A stretch of 64,000 nt of DNA from Candidatus Aegiribacteria sp. (GTDB taxonomy: Bacteria > Fermentibacterota > Fermentibacteria > Fermentibacterales > JCC-6): contig JAWOBF010000059.1 in the NCBI GenBank assembly GCA_046498225.1, positions 32,001-96,000 on the forward strand. The letters run 5' to 3'. The notes below the pieces were generated by a model that saw nothing but the letters and a program-made list of their open reading frames with translations, searched no databases and was not told the DNA's origin. Positions within the stretch are counted from its first letter, which is position 1. Each line of letters starts with the position of its first letter. Both the position numbers and the translations under genes were made by a program. This document shows, one piece after another, positions 1 through 10,381 of the stretch.

Positions 1-1
1 C

Positions 2-796
2 ACCTCAAAGGAAGGGAAGGACACGTCCTCATTCAACTACTCCGTCGTATCCATGACCGGGCTGGACCGGGAACTGCAGGACTACGGCATCATAGACGAA
101 CTGATGGAACAGTCCACCGGGCAGGTCCGCTCCAGGGAATTCCAGGGCAAGTTCAGCGGGGACGTCATCATTACTCCCGACTGCCTGGAGGACTTCCTCA
201 GCATGACCTGCATGTACCTGGGCGACTACCCCATGATAAAGGGCACCTCCATCTTCAGGGATTCCCTGGGCGCCGAAATCGCCCACCCCGGACTGACCCT
301 CCGGTCGATGCCCCTGTCGGACGAACTGGCCCATGGCTACTTCATCACACACGACGGCTACGCCGCCGCCGACAGCACAATAATCGAGAACGGCGTTCTC
401 AGGACCTTCCTGCTGAGCCTTTACGGCTCCAACAAGACAGGAAAGGCAAGGTCGGTAAACAGCGGCGGGGCCTTCGTGGTCGACCCGGGAAAGGAAAGCA
501 GGGAGGAACTGGTCTCCTCGGTGAAGAAGGGCATCCTCCTCTGCCGGTTCTCGGGGGGCATGCCCAGCGAGAGCGGCGATTTCTCCGGAGTGGCCAAGAA
601 CAGCTACTACATTGAGGACGGTCGGATACGGCACCCGGTAAGGGAGATAATGATATCCGGGAACCTTCGCGACCTCCTCATGAACCTTGACGGGATTTCC
701 TCCGAGAGGGTTAACTCCGGCAGTTCCATACTGCCCTGGATAAAGGCCCGGGATATCTCCATCTTCGGCAAGCAGGGGAGTTCTTCAACGGGCTAG
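2..796 (+). CDS. TldD/PmbA family metalloprotease subunit (PmbA-like), 5' truncated by window edge
   Basis: Frame is open from position 2. C-terminal TldD/PmbA features: DG..A....IIENGVLRTFL, SGDFSGVA....IEDG.I..PV.E.MISGN. Confidence 0.85.
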   Translation, partial: TSKEGKDTSSFNYSVVSMTGLDRELQDYGIIDELMEQSTGQVRSREFQGKFSGDVIITPDCLEDFLSMTCMYLGDYPMIKGTSIFRDSLGAEIAHPGLTLRSMPLSDELAHGYFITHDGYAAADSTIIENGVLRTFLLSLYGSNKTGKARSVNSGGAFVVDPGKESREELVSSVKKGILLCRFSGGMPSESGDFSGVAKNSYYIEDGRIRHPVREIMISGNLRDLLMNLDGISSERVNSGSSILPWIKARDISIFGKQGSSSTG

Positions 797-1620
797 GTTC
801 CGGGATGCGCTTCATCATCGGGCGAGTATATCCTCTTCAGGAGGATGAGCATCCCGCCCACCGTCCCCACCGTCATGAGGAAGGATTCCTCCGGTCCGAA
901 ACCGCCCCAGGGCGGTGGGGTGACCGGGCTGAACAGGGTGGGCATCAGGATGTGGCCGCTTACGTTCCACCCGAAGACCATACCCGTCATCAGGTTCCAT
1001 ATCCAGTGAACGGCCACCGGGTACCATAGGCCGCCGGTCACTATCCTCAGCAGGCCGAAAAGGGCTCCCGCCAGGAAGATGTTGGCCAGTCCCGCCGCCG
1101 AGGCGTTCTCGTTGCCCAGGTGCATCATGGAGAATACCGCCGATGAGAGCAGGAGCCCGGTAAGCCTGCTTTTTCTGAAACTGAGACAGTCCATCAGGAA
1201 CCCCCGGCATACGATCTCCTCCCACGCGGCGAGAAGGAGCAGGGACAGTGCGAACACGAACCACCGGCCGGAAATGCCCTGGTATTCCAGGCCGAATCGC
1301 AGCGCAACCGCCGCGAAAGGCAGGAACAGGGCCGCGGCGGAGGCGGCGGCGGCGCGGCCGTCCCCCGCTCCCAGAACGCCGGCCACCGGCGGCACCAGCC
1401 GCCAGAAGAGCAGTACGGGCAGAAGGGCCGGTATGCCTGCCAGGGCGTACCTGGGGATGAAATCCTCGATGAAGCTCAGGAAGCCGCCGGACAGAGCCTG
1501 CAAGTAACCCCATATAACCACTCCGGCCACCGCGATAGCCAGCCTTGTCAGCGGTCTGGCTTTCCCCGGGACCCCCGTCTCCAGGAATACTCCGCCCTCA
1601 GCCGGTGGCATCTGCGGCAC
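793..1620 (-). CDS. CPBP (CAAX/Abi) family intramembrane glutamic endopeptidase
   Basis: Multiple TM segments with motifs EEIVCRG, FSMMH and HWIWN. Confidence 0.9.
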   Translation of the reverse strand: MPQMPPAEGGVFLETGVPGKARPLTRLAIAVAGVVIWGYLQALSGGFLSFIEDFIPRYALAGIPALLPVLLFWRLVPPVAGVLGAGDGRAAAASAAALFLPFAAVALRFGLEYQGISGRWFVFALSLLLLAAWEEIVCRGFLMDCLSFRKSRLTGLLLSSAVFSMMHLGNENASAAGLANIFLAGALFGLLRIVTGGLWYPVAVHWIWNLMTGMVFGWNVSGHILMPTLFSPVTPPPWGGFGPEESFLMTVGTVGGMLILLKRIYSPDDEAHPGT

Positions 1621-2722
1621 TCCGGTACACTTTCATGGTCTCCATGGCGGTCCGTTCCCAGGAGAATTCTGCAGCCCGTTCAAGCCCCCTGGCGATGTAC
1701 TCATCCTTCAGCCGGGGCGAAGAAGCCAGGTTTCTCATGGCATTCGAGATTCCCGCTGTGTCCTCCGGGTCAACCAGGACGGCGGCGCCGGCGGCGGTCT
1801 CCGGAAGACACGACCTGTTTGAGGTTATCACCGGGCAGCCGCTGGACATCGCCTCTATCACCGGAAGGCCGAATCCCTCGTCCAGCGAGGGGAACAGGAA
1901 GGCCAGCGCGGAGGAATAGAGACGGCGGAGGTCCGCGGCCGACCGGTCTCTGAGAAAGATCAATCCATCCTCATTCACAGCCGTGTCCAACGGTTTTCCA
2001 CCGGTTACCATCACCAGGGAGCATTCCGCCCTCAGCCCGCCGGGGAGTTTCCTGTATGCCTCTACGATCCGGGGCAGGTTCTTCCGCGGGTCGTCCCTTC
2101 CCACAAAGAGAAAGAACCTTCCGCCGGGCCGCAGGCTGAACGGAAGCTCCTCGGAGCCGGAACCGGGACGGAATTCCCCGGACGCGGCTTCGGGAATGAC
2201 GGTGACGGGGGCTGGAATGTCCGGATAGAGTTCCAGGACCTGGTCCTTCACATAATTGGAGGGGGTTATTACCGCCGTGGACCGATCCAGTATGAGAGGC
2301 GTCCTCTTCCTGTAGAACCGCTCCAGTACGCTTCCGCAGTATTCGTTCCTGGTCAGCGGAAAGAGGTCGTGCACGGTGGAGACGAAGCGGCGGGGAAGGG
2401 CGGCGGTTCCGTAGGGGTCGGTGAGATGCACCAGGTCCACCCGGCGGGAGACCCTCATCCACATGAGTGAGGTCAGCGCGCCGGTCAGCGGCCTCATGGG
2501 CTCTCCCAGCATCCTGATATGGGGCAGGGAAGCGGTGACCCTCACGTTGGGCATGCCCTGGAAGACGCGCAGGAGCTTGTCCCTCCTGGCGGAGCTGAAG
2601 GTGGACAGAAGGTGGAAGGTGTCCTCCGGATACTGCTGCGCCAGCCCCCTTACCAGTTCCCTCGCGTATGTCTTTATTCCACCGTAACCCAGTATGTTAG
2701 TGGCGTCGAAACCGATGCGCAT
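1598..2722 (-). CDS. Glycosyltransferase family 4 (GT-B)
   Basis: TVHDL, PRKNL and FPSLDEGFGLPVIEAM motifs. Confidence 0.92.
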   Translation of the reverse strand: MRIGFDATNILGYGGIKTYARELVRGLAQQYPEDTFHLLSTFSSARRDKLLRVFQGMPNVRVTASLPHIRMLGEPMRPLTGALTSLMWMRVSRRVDLVHLTDPYGTAALPRRFVSTVHDLFPLTRNEYCGSVLERFYRKRTPLILDRSTAVITPSNYVKDQVLELYPDIPAPVTVIPEAASGEFRPGSGSEELPFSLRPGGRFFLFVGRDDPRKNLPRIVEAYRKLPGGLRAECSLVMVTGGKPLDTAVNEDGLIFLRDRSAADLRRLYSSALAFLFPSLDEGFGLPVIEAMSSGCPVITSNRSCLPETAAGAAVLVDPEDTAGISNAMRNLASSPRLKDEYIARGLERAAEFSWERTAMETMKVYRSAADATG

Positions 2723-2739
2723 GTTCCGCTCTCAGAGTG

Positions 2740-3501
2740 TCACTCCCCCCGCGGCGTGCTGCGGACGATGGACATGAAACTGTCCGCCTTGAGGCTGGCA
2801 CCCCCCACCAGGGCTCCGTTGACCGACGGGCGTGAAAGTATCTCGGCGGCGTTGCCTGGTTTTACGCTTCCCCCGTACTGTATTCTGAGTTCCTCCGCGA
2901 AACCGGCGTCCGTTAGGCTCTTCACCCATTCCCTGATGAGAGAATGCATTCTCTCGGCTTCCTCCGGCGTCGCCGTAAGACCGGTACCGATGGCCCAGAC
3001 CGGTTCGTAGGCGATGACAAGGTTCACCGGCGAGGCGGTTTCAAGCCCTTCCATGGCGGCGCCTATCTGTCTTCTGACAACCTCCTCGGTCCTGTCCGCC
3101 TCCCTCTCCTCCTTCAGTTCCCCCACGCAGAGAACACCTTTCAGGCCCGCCTTCAGTCCCGCGCGCAGCTTCTTCCTCACGATCTCGTCCGTCTCTCCTA
3201 TCACGTGGCGTCTCTCGCTGTGTCCGGCTATGAACCAGGTCGCCCCCGCCCGGGACAGCATTCCAGGACTGACCTCCCCGGTGAACGCGCCCCGCTCCTC
3301 CCAGAACAGGTCCTGTCCTCCCAGTTCCACCCCGGCGTCACGGGCTTCCTGCCGCAGCAGGGGCAGAAGGGTGAAGGGGGGAAAGAGAACGATTTCCGGC
3401 CCTTCGGACGGGGAGCCCAGCTCCCTCATGCTCCGAAGGAAATCCAGCGCGTCCTCCGGTGTCCCGTTCATCTTCCAGTTGGCTCCCATTACATACTTCA
3501 T
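2740..3501 (-). CDS. tpiA: Triosephosphate isomerase
   Basis: ANWKMN, GHSERR, AYEPVWAIGTG, YGGSVK, LVGGASL. Confidence 0.98.
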   Translation of the reverse strand: MKYVMGANWKMNGTPEDALDFLRSMRELGSPSEGPEIVLFPPFTLLPLLRQEARDAGVELGGQDLFWEERGAFTGEVSPGMLSRAGATWFIAGHSERRHVIGETDEIVRKKLRAGLKAGLKGVLCVGELKEEREADRTEEVVRRQIGAAMEGLETASPVNLVIAYEPVWAIGTGLTATPEEAERMHSLIREWVKSLTDAGFAEELRIQYGGSVKPGNAAEILSRPSVNGALVGGASLKADSFMSIVRSTPRGE

Positions 3502-4697
3502 GTCCCGGACCCCCTCAGCGCTTCCAGGGCGGGCAGATCCTCCCCCTGGAGCAGTTTGAGGGAAGCTCCGCCGCCGGTGGAGACGAAGCTCATCCTGTCC
3601 TCGAGGCCGGCATCGGAAATCGCCCTGGAGGAGTCACCCCCCCCTACCACAGTGAAGGTTCCGTTATCGGTGGCCCGGGCCATCGCGTCGGCCATGTCCC
3701 TGGTTCCCCTGTCGAAGGGAGGTATCTCGAAAACTCCCATGGGACCGTTCCAGACCACTGTGGAGCTTTCGGCGACAATTTCGCCGAAACCGCGGACGGT
3801 CCCGGGGCCTATATCGAATCCGGACTGCCCGTGGGGGATCGAGTCCGCGGGAACCGTCTCCGCCAGGTCGCACCTGTCCGTCGAGGGGGCCACAACCATG
3901 TCCTCCGGCAGATGGAATTCCACACCCAGCTCCCCGGCCTCCTTCATTATCTTTCCGGCGGCGCCCAGCCTGTCCAGCTCCAGCAGGCTGTTGCCCACCT
4001 CCATTCCCATCTCCTTCATGAAGGTGAAGGCCATGCCTCCCCCTACCATGAGGTGGTCCAGCCGGGGCAGGAGGTTCTCGATGACCGGTATCTTGTCAGA
4101 TACCTTCGCCCCTCCCAGCAGAAGGGAGAAAGGCCTTTTCGGAGAGGACAGCCTGTCCTGGAAGACCTCCAGCTCCTTCTGGACCAGGAGCCCGGCGTAA
4201 CCGCCTCCCAGAATGCCGGGAACCCCGGTCATGGATGCGTGAGACCTGTGGCTTGTCCCGAAGGCGTCGTTGACGTAGATGTCCGCGTTGTCCGCCAGCT
4301 TCCGGGCGAACTCCTCGTCCCCCTCCTTCTCCTCTGGATGGAACCTGAGGTTTTCCAGCAGGAGAAGGTCGCCCGGACCCATGGAAGACCTGAGGGTGCT
4401 TACCCTGCCTCCGACGCAGTCCGGGGCGAAAGTTACCTTGATGTTCAGGAGCTCCTCCAGTCTGTCCGCAACCGGCGCCAGCGAGAGGTCCGGATTGCGG
4501 GTGCCCCCCGGCCTTCCCAGATGGCTGGCCATAACCACGGAGGCTCCGTTGTCCAGAAGGTACCTGACGGTGGGGAGAACGCCCCTTATCCGGGTATCGT
4601 CCGCCACCTTCCCATCCTCCAGCGGCACGTTCAGGTCAGCCCTGAGAAAGACCCTTCTTCCTTTCAGTTCAGTATCCTTCAGCGAAGGGTACTTCAT
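3498..4697 (-). CDS. pgk: Phosphoglycerate kinase
   Basis: [45 protein letters not shown]. Confidence 0.98.
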   Translation of the reverse strand: MKYPSLKDTELKGRRVFLRADLNVPLEDGKVADDTRIRGVLPTVRYLLDNGASVVMASHLGRPGGTRNPDLSLAPVADRLEELLNIKVTFAPDCVGGRVSTLRSSMGPGDLLLLENLRFHPEEKEGDEEFARKLADNADIYVNDAFGTSHRSHASMTGVPGILGGGYAGLLVQKELEVFQDRLSSPKRPFSLLLGGAKVSDKIPVIENLLPRLDHLMVGGGMAFTFMKEMGMEVGNSLLELDRLGAAGKIMKEAGELGVEFHLPEDMVVAPSTDRCDLAETVPADSIPHGQSGFDIGPGTVRGFGEIVAESSTVVWNGPMGVFEIPPFDRGTRDMADAMARATDNGTFTVVGGGDSSRAISDAGLEDRMSFVSTGGGASLKLLQGEDLPALEALRGSGT

Positions 4698-5710
4698 AGG
4701 CCCACCTCTATCATGTACCTGGTAAAATCGACCATCCTGGCCGCGTAGCCGTACTCGTTGTCGTACCAGGAGAGCACCTTGACCATCCGAGGGCCCATGG
4801 TCCTCGTCATCAGCGAATCGAATATCGAACTGAAGGGATTGCCGATGACATCGAAGGAGACCAGCGGCTCGTCGGAGTACTGAAGCACCCCCTGCAGCGG
4901 GCCGGCCGCAGCTTCCTCCATGGCGCTGTTGACACTCTGCGGCGTGACGTCCTTCCGGAGCCTGCAGACGAGGTCCACCAGCGACCCGTCCTTCACCGGC
5001 ACCCTTACCGCCATGCCGTCCAGCCTGCCGTTGAGCTCCGGAATGACCAGGCCCACCGCGGCGGCGGCGCCGGTGGTGGTGGGTATGATGTTCACGGCGG
5101 CGGCCCTTGCTCTCCTGGGGTCCTTGTGGGGGAGGTCCAGTATCTTCTGGTCGTTTGTGTAGGCGTGAATGGTTGTCATCAGGCCATTCTCAATTCCGAA
5201 GGTATCGTTGAGAACCTTTGCCACGGGAGCCAGACAGTTGGTGGTGCAGCTGGCGGTTGAGAGCACCTGGTGCTTCTCCGGGTCGTACATCCGATGATTG
5301 ACCCCGTAAACCACCGTGAGGTCAGCTCCCCTGTCCCCCTTGGCGGGAGCGCTGAGAAGGACCTTGCGCGCCCCGGCGGCAATATGGCTGGCGGCCTTTT
5401 CCCGTGTTCGGAAAAGACCGGTGGCCTCGATGACGATATCAACTCCCATATCCTTCCAGGGAAGTTTGGACGGGTCGGGCTGGGAAAGCACCGTGAAACT
5501 GTCAGCACCGGCTTTGATCCGCTTCCCGTCCACCTCTATCTCGCCGGGAAACCTGCCGTGAACCGAGTCGTACTTCAGAAGATGGGCCAGAGTACCGGGG
5601 TCGGTAAGGTCATTCACCGCAACTATATCTATGGCTCTGTCATCCAGGGTCTGCCTGTAGACCAGTCTTCCGATCCTGCCGAATCCGTTGATCGCTACTT
5701 TCACTGCCAT
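4694..5710 (-). CDS. gap: Type I glyceraldehyde-3-phosphate dehydrogenase
   Basis: [17 protein letters not shown] active site, WYDNE. Confidence 0.98.
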   Translation of the reverse strand: MAVKVAINGFGRIGRLVYRQTLDDRAIDIVAVNDLTDPGTLAHLLKYDSVHGRFPGEIEVDGKRIKAGADSFTVLSQPDPSKLPWKDMGVDIVIEATGLFRTREKAASHIAAGARKVLLSAPAKGDRGADLTVVYGVNHRMYDPEKHQVLSTASCTTNCLAPVAKVLNDTFGIENGLMTTIHAYTNDQKILDLPHKDPRRARAAAVNIIPTTTGAAAAVGLVIPELNGRLDGMAVRVPVKDGSLVDLVCRLRKDVTPQSVNSAMEEAAAGPLQGVLQYSDEPLVSFDVIGNPFSSIFDSLMTRTMGPRMVKVLSWYDNEYGYAARMVDFTRYMIEVGL

Positions 5711-5722
5711 TTCAGCCCTCCA

Positions 5723-6760
5723 TCACCCGAAGAAAAGTTTTGCTGTTTCGTACAGTTCCTCAGGAACCGTCTTCATCGTGCCCACTGCTTCCTTGAGGTC
5801 CACCGCCACTATTCCGGTGCCCCTCAGGGCCGCCATCATGCCGAACTGGCCCTCTTCGGCCATCTCCACCGCCTTTACTCCAAGGCGGGTTCCCAGGACC
5901 CTGTCGAAGGCCGTGGGACTGCCCCCACGCTGTACATGGCCGAGGACCACGTGTCTGCTCTCCAGCTCGGTCCTGTCCGTTATCTCGTTCTTCAGGACCT
6001 CGCCTATTCCTATACCTGTACCCAGCTGCACATGACCGAAGGCGTCCCTCTCCGCCGAGTGCATCACATGCCTCTGGAGCTTGGGGTCCATGGCTCCCTC
6101 GGCCACCGCGACAAGCGCGTACCTGTTCCCTTCGTCGTAACGCTTTTTCAGTATCTCACACACCTGGTCGGTATCGAATTCCTTCTCTGGAGTGAGGATT
6201 ATGTGGGCGCCTCCCGCCATGCCTCCGTGAAGGGCCATCCATCCCGCGTGCCTGCCCATTATCTCCACCACTATGACCCTCTCGTGGCTTCTGGCCGTAG
6301 TATGGAGCTTGTCCAGCGCTTCCATCACGTAGTTGATGGCGGTATCGAAGCCGAAGGTGAAATCGGTGGCGGAAAGGTCGTTGTCTATGGTCTTGGGCAC
6401 TCCTATGACATCGATCCCGTCGGAGAAGAGCTTGGCCGCGACGCCCAGGGTATCGTCGCCCCCCGAAGCGATGAGGCAGTCCAGCTTCATCTTCCTGAAA
6501 TTTTCCCGAATGAGTTCGAAACCGTTCTCGATCTTGAAAGGGTTGGTCCTGGAGGCAAGGATGATAGTCCCCCCCTGCATCTGAATATCCCTGACCTTCT
6601 CCAGGTCCAGCGATACGGACTGGTTCTCTATGGCGCCCTTCCAGCCCCGAAGAAAACCGGTGACAGTGTGGTCGCTGCTCAGGGCCCTGACCGTCACTCC
6701 CCTGATTACCGCGTTGAGACCGGGGGCATCGCCGCCGCCGGTAAGAATTCCAATATGCAT
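5723..6760 (-). CDS. pfkA: 6-phosphofructokinase (PfkA family, probably PPi-dependent)
   Basis: TGGGDAPGLN, GGDDT, PKTIDND, MGRHAG, LGHVQRGG. Confidence 0.95.
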   Translation of the reverse strand: MHIGILTGGGDAPGLNAVIRGVTVRALSSDHTVTGFLRGWKGAIENQSVSLDLEKVRDIQMQGGTIILASRTNPFKIENGFELIRENFRKMKLDCLIASGGDDTLGVAAKLFSDGIDVIGVPKTIDNDLSATDFTFGFDTAINYVMEALDKLHTTARSHERVIVVEIMGRHAGWMALHGGMAGGAHIILTPEKEFDTDQVCEILKKRYDEGNRYALVAVAEGAMDPKLQRHVMHSAERDAFGHVQLGTGIGIGEVLKNEITDRTELESRHVVLGHVQRGGSPTAFDRVLGTRLGVKAVEMAEEGQFGMMAALRGTGIVAVDLKEAVGTMKTVPEELYETAKLFFG

Positions 6761-6763
6761 CGT

Positions 6764-7558
6764 TCACTCCCTCTTCTGTTGTTCCGCGTTCCTGTTGGAC
6801 ATTCTTCGAAGAAGCCTTCCCGCAAGCTCCGTGAACTCCGAGATTGACAGGGACTGCCCCCCGTCGGAAAGCGCCTTGTCGGGGTCGGGGTGTACTTCCA
6901 GCATGATACCGTCGGCTCCCGCGGCCAGTCCGGCCAGGGACAGCGGCTCCAGCAGGTCCCTTCTGCCCGAGGCGTGGCAGGGGTCCACGATCACAGGGTA
7001 TCCTCCCAGCATCCTGGCCAGGGGTATCGCCGAAATATCCAGCGTATTCCTCGTCCAGGGTTCGAAAGTGCGTATACCCCGCTCGCAGAGCACCACCCTG
7101 TCATTTCCTTCCTTGACGATATACTCCGCCGCCATGAGCCATTCCTCGATGGTGGCCATGAACCCTCTCTTCAGAAGTATGGGGACATCGGCCCTTCCCA
7201 GGGCGGCCAGAAGGGAGAAATTGTGCATGTTCCTCGCTCCCACCTGGATCATGTCCACACACTCAAGGGCCGGTTCTATCTGATCAATGGCCATCACCTC
7301 GCTCACCACCGGAATGCTGAATTCCCGTCTGACCCTGTCCAGCAGCTGGAATCCCTCCACACCCAGCCCCTGAAAGGAATAGGGGGAAGTCCTGGGCTTG
7401 AATGAACCGCCCCTGAGTATGGAGACGCCCGATTTCACCGCGGCGGCGGCCACCGTTCTCAGCATTTCCAGGTTCTCCACGGAGCACGGACCGGCTATCA
7501 GAATGGATTCGCCCGCGCCCACCCGGACATCGGCGACTTCCACGGCCCGGACGTCCAT
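6764..7558 (-). CDS. aroF: 3-deoxy-7-phosphoheptulonate (DAHP) synthase, type I-beta, catalytic barrel only
   Basis: IAGPCSVE, KPRTSPYSFQG, GARNM, LKRG, CERGIRTF, DPCH, EVHPDP. ATG at 7558 follows GAAGGGG; an alternative GTG is at 7564. Confidence 0.95.
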   Translation of the reverse strand: MDVRAVEVADVRVGAGESILIAGPCSVENLEMLRTVAAAAVKSGVSILRGGSFKPRTSPYSFQGLGVEGFQLLDRVRREFSIPVVSEVMAIDQIEPALECVDMIQVGARNMHNFSLLAALGRADVPILLKRGFMATIEEWLMAAEYIVKEGNDRVVLCERGIRTFEPWTRNTLDISAIPLARMLGGYPVIVDPCHASGRRDLLEPLSLAGLAAGADGIMLEVHPDPDKALSDGGQSLSISEFTELAGRLLRRMSNRNAEQQKRE

Positions 7559-7560
7559 AT

Positions 7561-9222
7561 TCACCCCTTCCCGAGTTCGCTGACTATGAATCTGATGATG
7601 TCCCTTATGGAGCTGTCCGGAATCGGGCCCGCGTTGTGTCCCATGGCGTTGTCCACCTGGTCGTCCACCCAGGTGGGGTCGAATCCCCCTCCGCCTATCA
7701 GTTCCATCAGCTCTGCCCGCCGGTTCAGCAGCCTGACCAGCTCCACGTCCGACCTGAGCAGCTCGCTCCGGAAATCGGGGGCTATCTCCCTGGTACCTAC
7801 CGCCTGCCTGTCGATCTTCCCGTTGGCTGTTCTGGGAAGACCATGAACGAAATTTATCAGCTTCGGGATCTTGTACTCATCGATGTGTTTTCTCAGGAAA
7901 GCCCTCATCTCGGCCACAGCCAGCTCCTGTCCGGGCCTGAGAACGATATACGCCGAAGGTATCTCGCCCCTTGTCGGGTGGTCCCTTCCCACTACGCACG
8001 CGTCCACCACCAGGGGATGCTTTAGAATGGCCAGCTCCACCTCCAGGGGGTACACCTTCAGGCCGGCGGCCTTTATCAGCCCGCCCCTCCGGCCCAGGAA
8101 AACCAGGCGGCCGTCCTCCCTGCGGAAGATGTCGCCCGTGCGGTACCAGCCGTCGAGGAACGCTTCCTCCGTCTGAGGCCTGTCACCCAGGTACCTGCTC
8201 ACAACTCCCGGTCCCGAGACCCACAGCTCCCCTGTGCCGTTCCCGCTCAATTTCCTGCCGGAAAGGTCCCTCAACTGCACGCTGTATCCGTCCACCACCT
8301 TCGTGAAGCCGGCTGATCCGCTTTCGCCCACCAGCCCCACCCCGGCTGTCTCGGTGCTGCCCCACACGGGAACGAGCCGGACTCCGGTCTTCATCAGGAA
8401 GTTCTCCATCATGTCCTCGGACACGTGCATACCTCCCGCCTCCGCAATTTTTACTTTTGAGAGGTCCGAATCGCTCCTCTTCCACAGGTGGGAGAGGGAC
8501 ATCAGCTGCGTGGGCAGCGCCATGACCGCGGTGACCCCCATGTCGGATATCACCCTGAGCAGGTCCCTTGGATACCTGTGTTCAGTCAAGACCGTCCTGC
8601 CTCCGAGATACAGCCCTCTCATGAAGAGCTCATGTGGATGCCCGTAGACCCCGAAGAGAGACGTATGCACGTCGCTTCGAGTGAAGCCCATGGTCCTGAT
8701 CACGCCCCGTGTATTCTCCAGCAGCTGCCTGTGGGTGGTGGGAGCCACTTTCGCCTGGCCGGTGGAAGCTGAGGTCACGTTGAGGTAGAACTCACGGTCG
8801 CTGTCCGCATCCGGAAGGTCCAGCCGGCCGGCGCTTCCGCGAAAAACGTCATCATCGATGAAAAGAACTGGTTCATCCGATTGCAGGGCATCATCGGCAC
8901 GGGTGGTCAGAACAAGACGGCTGGACCTCCTGCCGAAAACCCTCTGACGCTCCTGTGCGGGCCATTCCGGATTGAGGGAGACGAACCGCGCTCCCAGCAT
9001 GGAGACCGCGGTGAAGACACACGGGAGCAGGACATTCTTTCCCGAGACGACACCTATCACGTGGCCCGGACCGCCGCCGGCCTTCTGAATCCGGGCGGCG
9101 ATGTTCCGTGAGACCCGCCACCAGTCAGCGTAGGTTATTTCCACCCTGTCATCGCGCAGGGCCTCCGCATCGGGGGTTTCCTCAGCCCATCTCCTGAGAA
9201 GACCGTGTACCGTGCCCGGCAT
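7561..9222 (-). CDS. Class I adenylate-forming (AMP-binding) enzyme with C-terminal chorismate mutase type II-like domain
   Basis: ANL motifs TSASTGQAK, WGSTET, YRTGD, GRRGGLIK..G, LPRTANGK. The last ~70 aa (FRSELLRSDVELVRLLNRRAEL...FDP...NAGPIPDSSIRDI) resemble AroQ. Confidence 0.85.
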   Translation of the reverse strand: MPGTVHGLLRRWAEETPDAEALRDDRVEITYADWWRVSRNIAARIQKAGGGPGHVIGVVSGKNVLLPCVFTAVSMLGARFVSLNPEWPAQERQRVFGRRSSRLVLTTRADDALQSDEPVLFIDDDVFRGSAGRLDLPDADSDREFYLNVTSASTGQAKVAPTTHRQLLENTRGVIRTMGFTRSDVHTSLFGVYGHPHELFMRGLYLGGRTVLTEHRYPRDLLRVISDMGVTAVMALPTQLMSLSHLWKRSDSDLSKVKIAEAGGMHVSEDMMENFLMKTGVRLVPVWGSTETAGVGLVGESGSAGFTKVVDGYSVQLRDLSGRKLSGNGTGELWVSGPGVVSRYLGDRPQTEEAFLDGWYRTGDIFRREDGRLVFLGRRGGLIKAAGLKVYPLEVELAILKHPLVVDACVVGRDHPTRGEIPSAYIVLRPGQELAVAEMRAFLRKHIDEYKIPKLINFVHGLPRTANGKIDRQAVGTREIAPDFRSELLRSDVELVRLLNRRAELMELIGGGGFDPTWVDDQVDNAMGHNAGPIPDSSIRDIIRFIVSELGKG

Positions 9223-10359
9223 CTATTCCTGTTTCTCTCCGCATTCCGGGCAGAAACTGGAACCCTCCGGCACATCCGCGCCGCATTTTCCGCACTTGCG
9301 TCCTCCGCCCAGTTTCGTCCCGCACTCCGGACAGAATTTCGCGCCGGGTGAAACTGTGGCTTTGCAGTTGGGACACAGGACCCCGAGAGGTTTGCCGCAT
9401 TCAGGGCAGAACTTGCCTGGGACCACGCTCTTGCCGCAGGATGGGCAGGTAACCCGGGGAGAGCCTCCTTCGCCCCCTCCTGAGCCTCCCGTGCCCTGGT
9501 TTCCGGCCATGGTCTGCCCCATCATGTTAGCCATGGTCATTCCCATGCCGAGACCCGCGCCCATTCCGACCCCGGCGCCGGCGGCTCCACCGCCGCCCTC
9601 GTTTGTAGCGGCATCCCCCATGGCGGTGGCCGTCTTGAAGCGCATGTACTGGTTCATGTCGCCCAGGGCGCCCATGGCGCTTCTCTCGTCGATCCTGGCC
9701 TGGACCTCCTCCGGAGGTGTGATGGCCTGAACGTAGAAGTCAACAAGCTGAATGCCGTACTTCCCGAAATCGTCGCCGAGCCTGGATTTGGCCAGCGTGC
9801 CGATCTCATCGTAGTACTGGGCAAGGTCGAAGATGGTCTCCAGGGTCTCCCCCAGAAGGTCGGCCAGCCTGGAGATTATCATGCCCTTGAGGAAGCCCTC
9901 TATCTCGTCGGTGCTGAACCGGCCCTCGGTTCCCACTACCTTGTTTATGAACAGCTGGCTCTGCTCCACCTTCATGGAGAAGCTTCCGAAGGCTCTGAGC
10001 CTTACCATGGACAGTTCCTTGTCCCTGAAGATTATAGGTTCCTTCGTTCCCCATTTCATGTCCGTGAATGTCTTCTTGTTCACGTAGAACACGGTCGCCC
10101 TGAACGGGGAATCCTTGCCGGAGAACAGAGTGCTGACCACGCCGGCAAGTATGGGTATGTTCTCCGTGGTTATGGTATGCCTTCCCGGACCGAGAACGTC
10201 CATGGCCTTTCCATCACGGAAGAAGACGGCGTCCTGACTCTCCCTGACCACGACCTGGGTGCCCAGGCGGAATTCGCCTGCCCCCGACTGGGGTATCCTG
10301 TGGACTATCTGCTTACCGGAGTCGTCCATCCATTCCACTATCTCCATTTTTTTGAACAT
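9223..10359 (-). CDS. SPFH (band 7, YdjI-like) domain protein with C-terminal zinc ribbons
   Basis: VVRESQDAVFFRDG, GPGRH, KWGT, RAFG, Gly/Met-rich linker, six CxxC pairs. Confidence 0.9.
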   Translation of the reverse strand: MFKKMEIVEWMDDSGKQIVHRIPQSGAGEFRLGTQVVVRESQDAVFFRDGKAMDVLGPGRHTITTENIPILAGVVSTLFSGKDSPFRATVFYVNKKTFTDMKWGTKEPIIFRDKELSMVRLRAFGSFSMKVEQSQLFINKVVGTEGRFSTDEIEGFLKGMIISRLADLLGETLETIFDLAQYYDEIGTLAKSRLGDDFGKYGIQLVDFYVQAITPPEEVQARIDERSAMGALGDMNQYMRFKTATAMGDAATNEGGGGAAGAGVGMGAGLGMGMTMANMMGQTMAGNQGTGGSGGGEGGSPRVTCPSCGKSVVPGKFCPECGKPLGVLCPNCKATVSPGAKFCPECGTKLGGGRKCGKCGADVPEGSSFCPECGEKQE

Positions 10360-10381
10360 TGTCCGCTAACCTCTCCTTGAG

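Noticed and set aside
5270..6847. Long antisense ORFs (e.g. 5270..6847+, 3459..4748+, 44613..46148-, 36281..37786-, 52184..53641+, 59620..60906+)
   Set aside because: They mirror well-conserved genes on the opposite strand and have no recognisable motifs; this is expected from high-GC codon bias.
7552..7575. Programmed -1 frameshift making a ligase-CM-DAHPS triple fusion
   Set aside because: There is no X XXY YYZ slippery heptamer. GAAGGGG works as an SD for ATG 7558, so ordinary translational coupling suffices.
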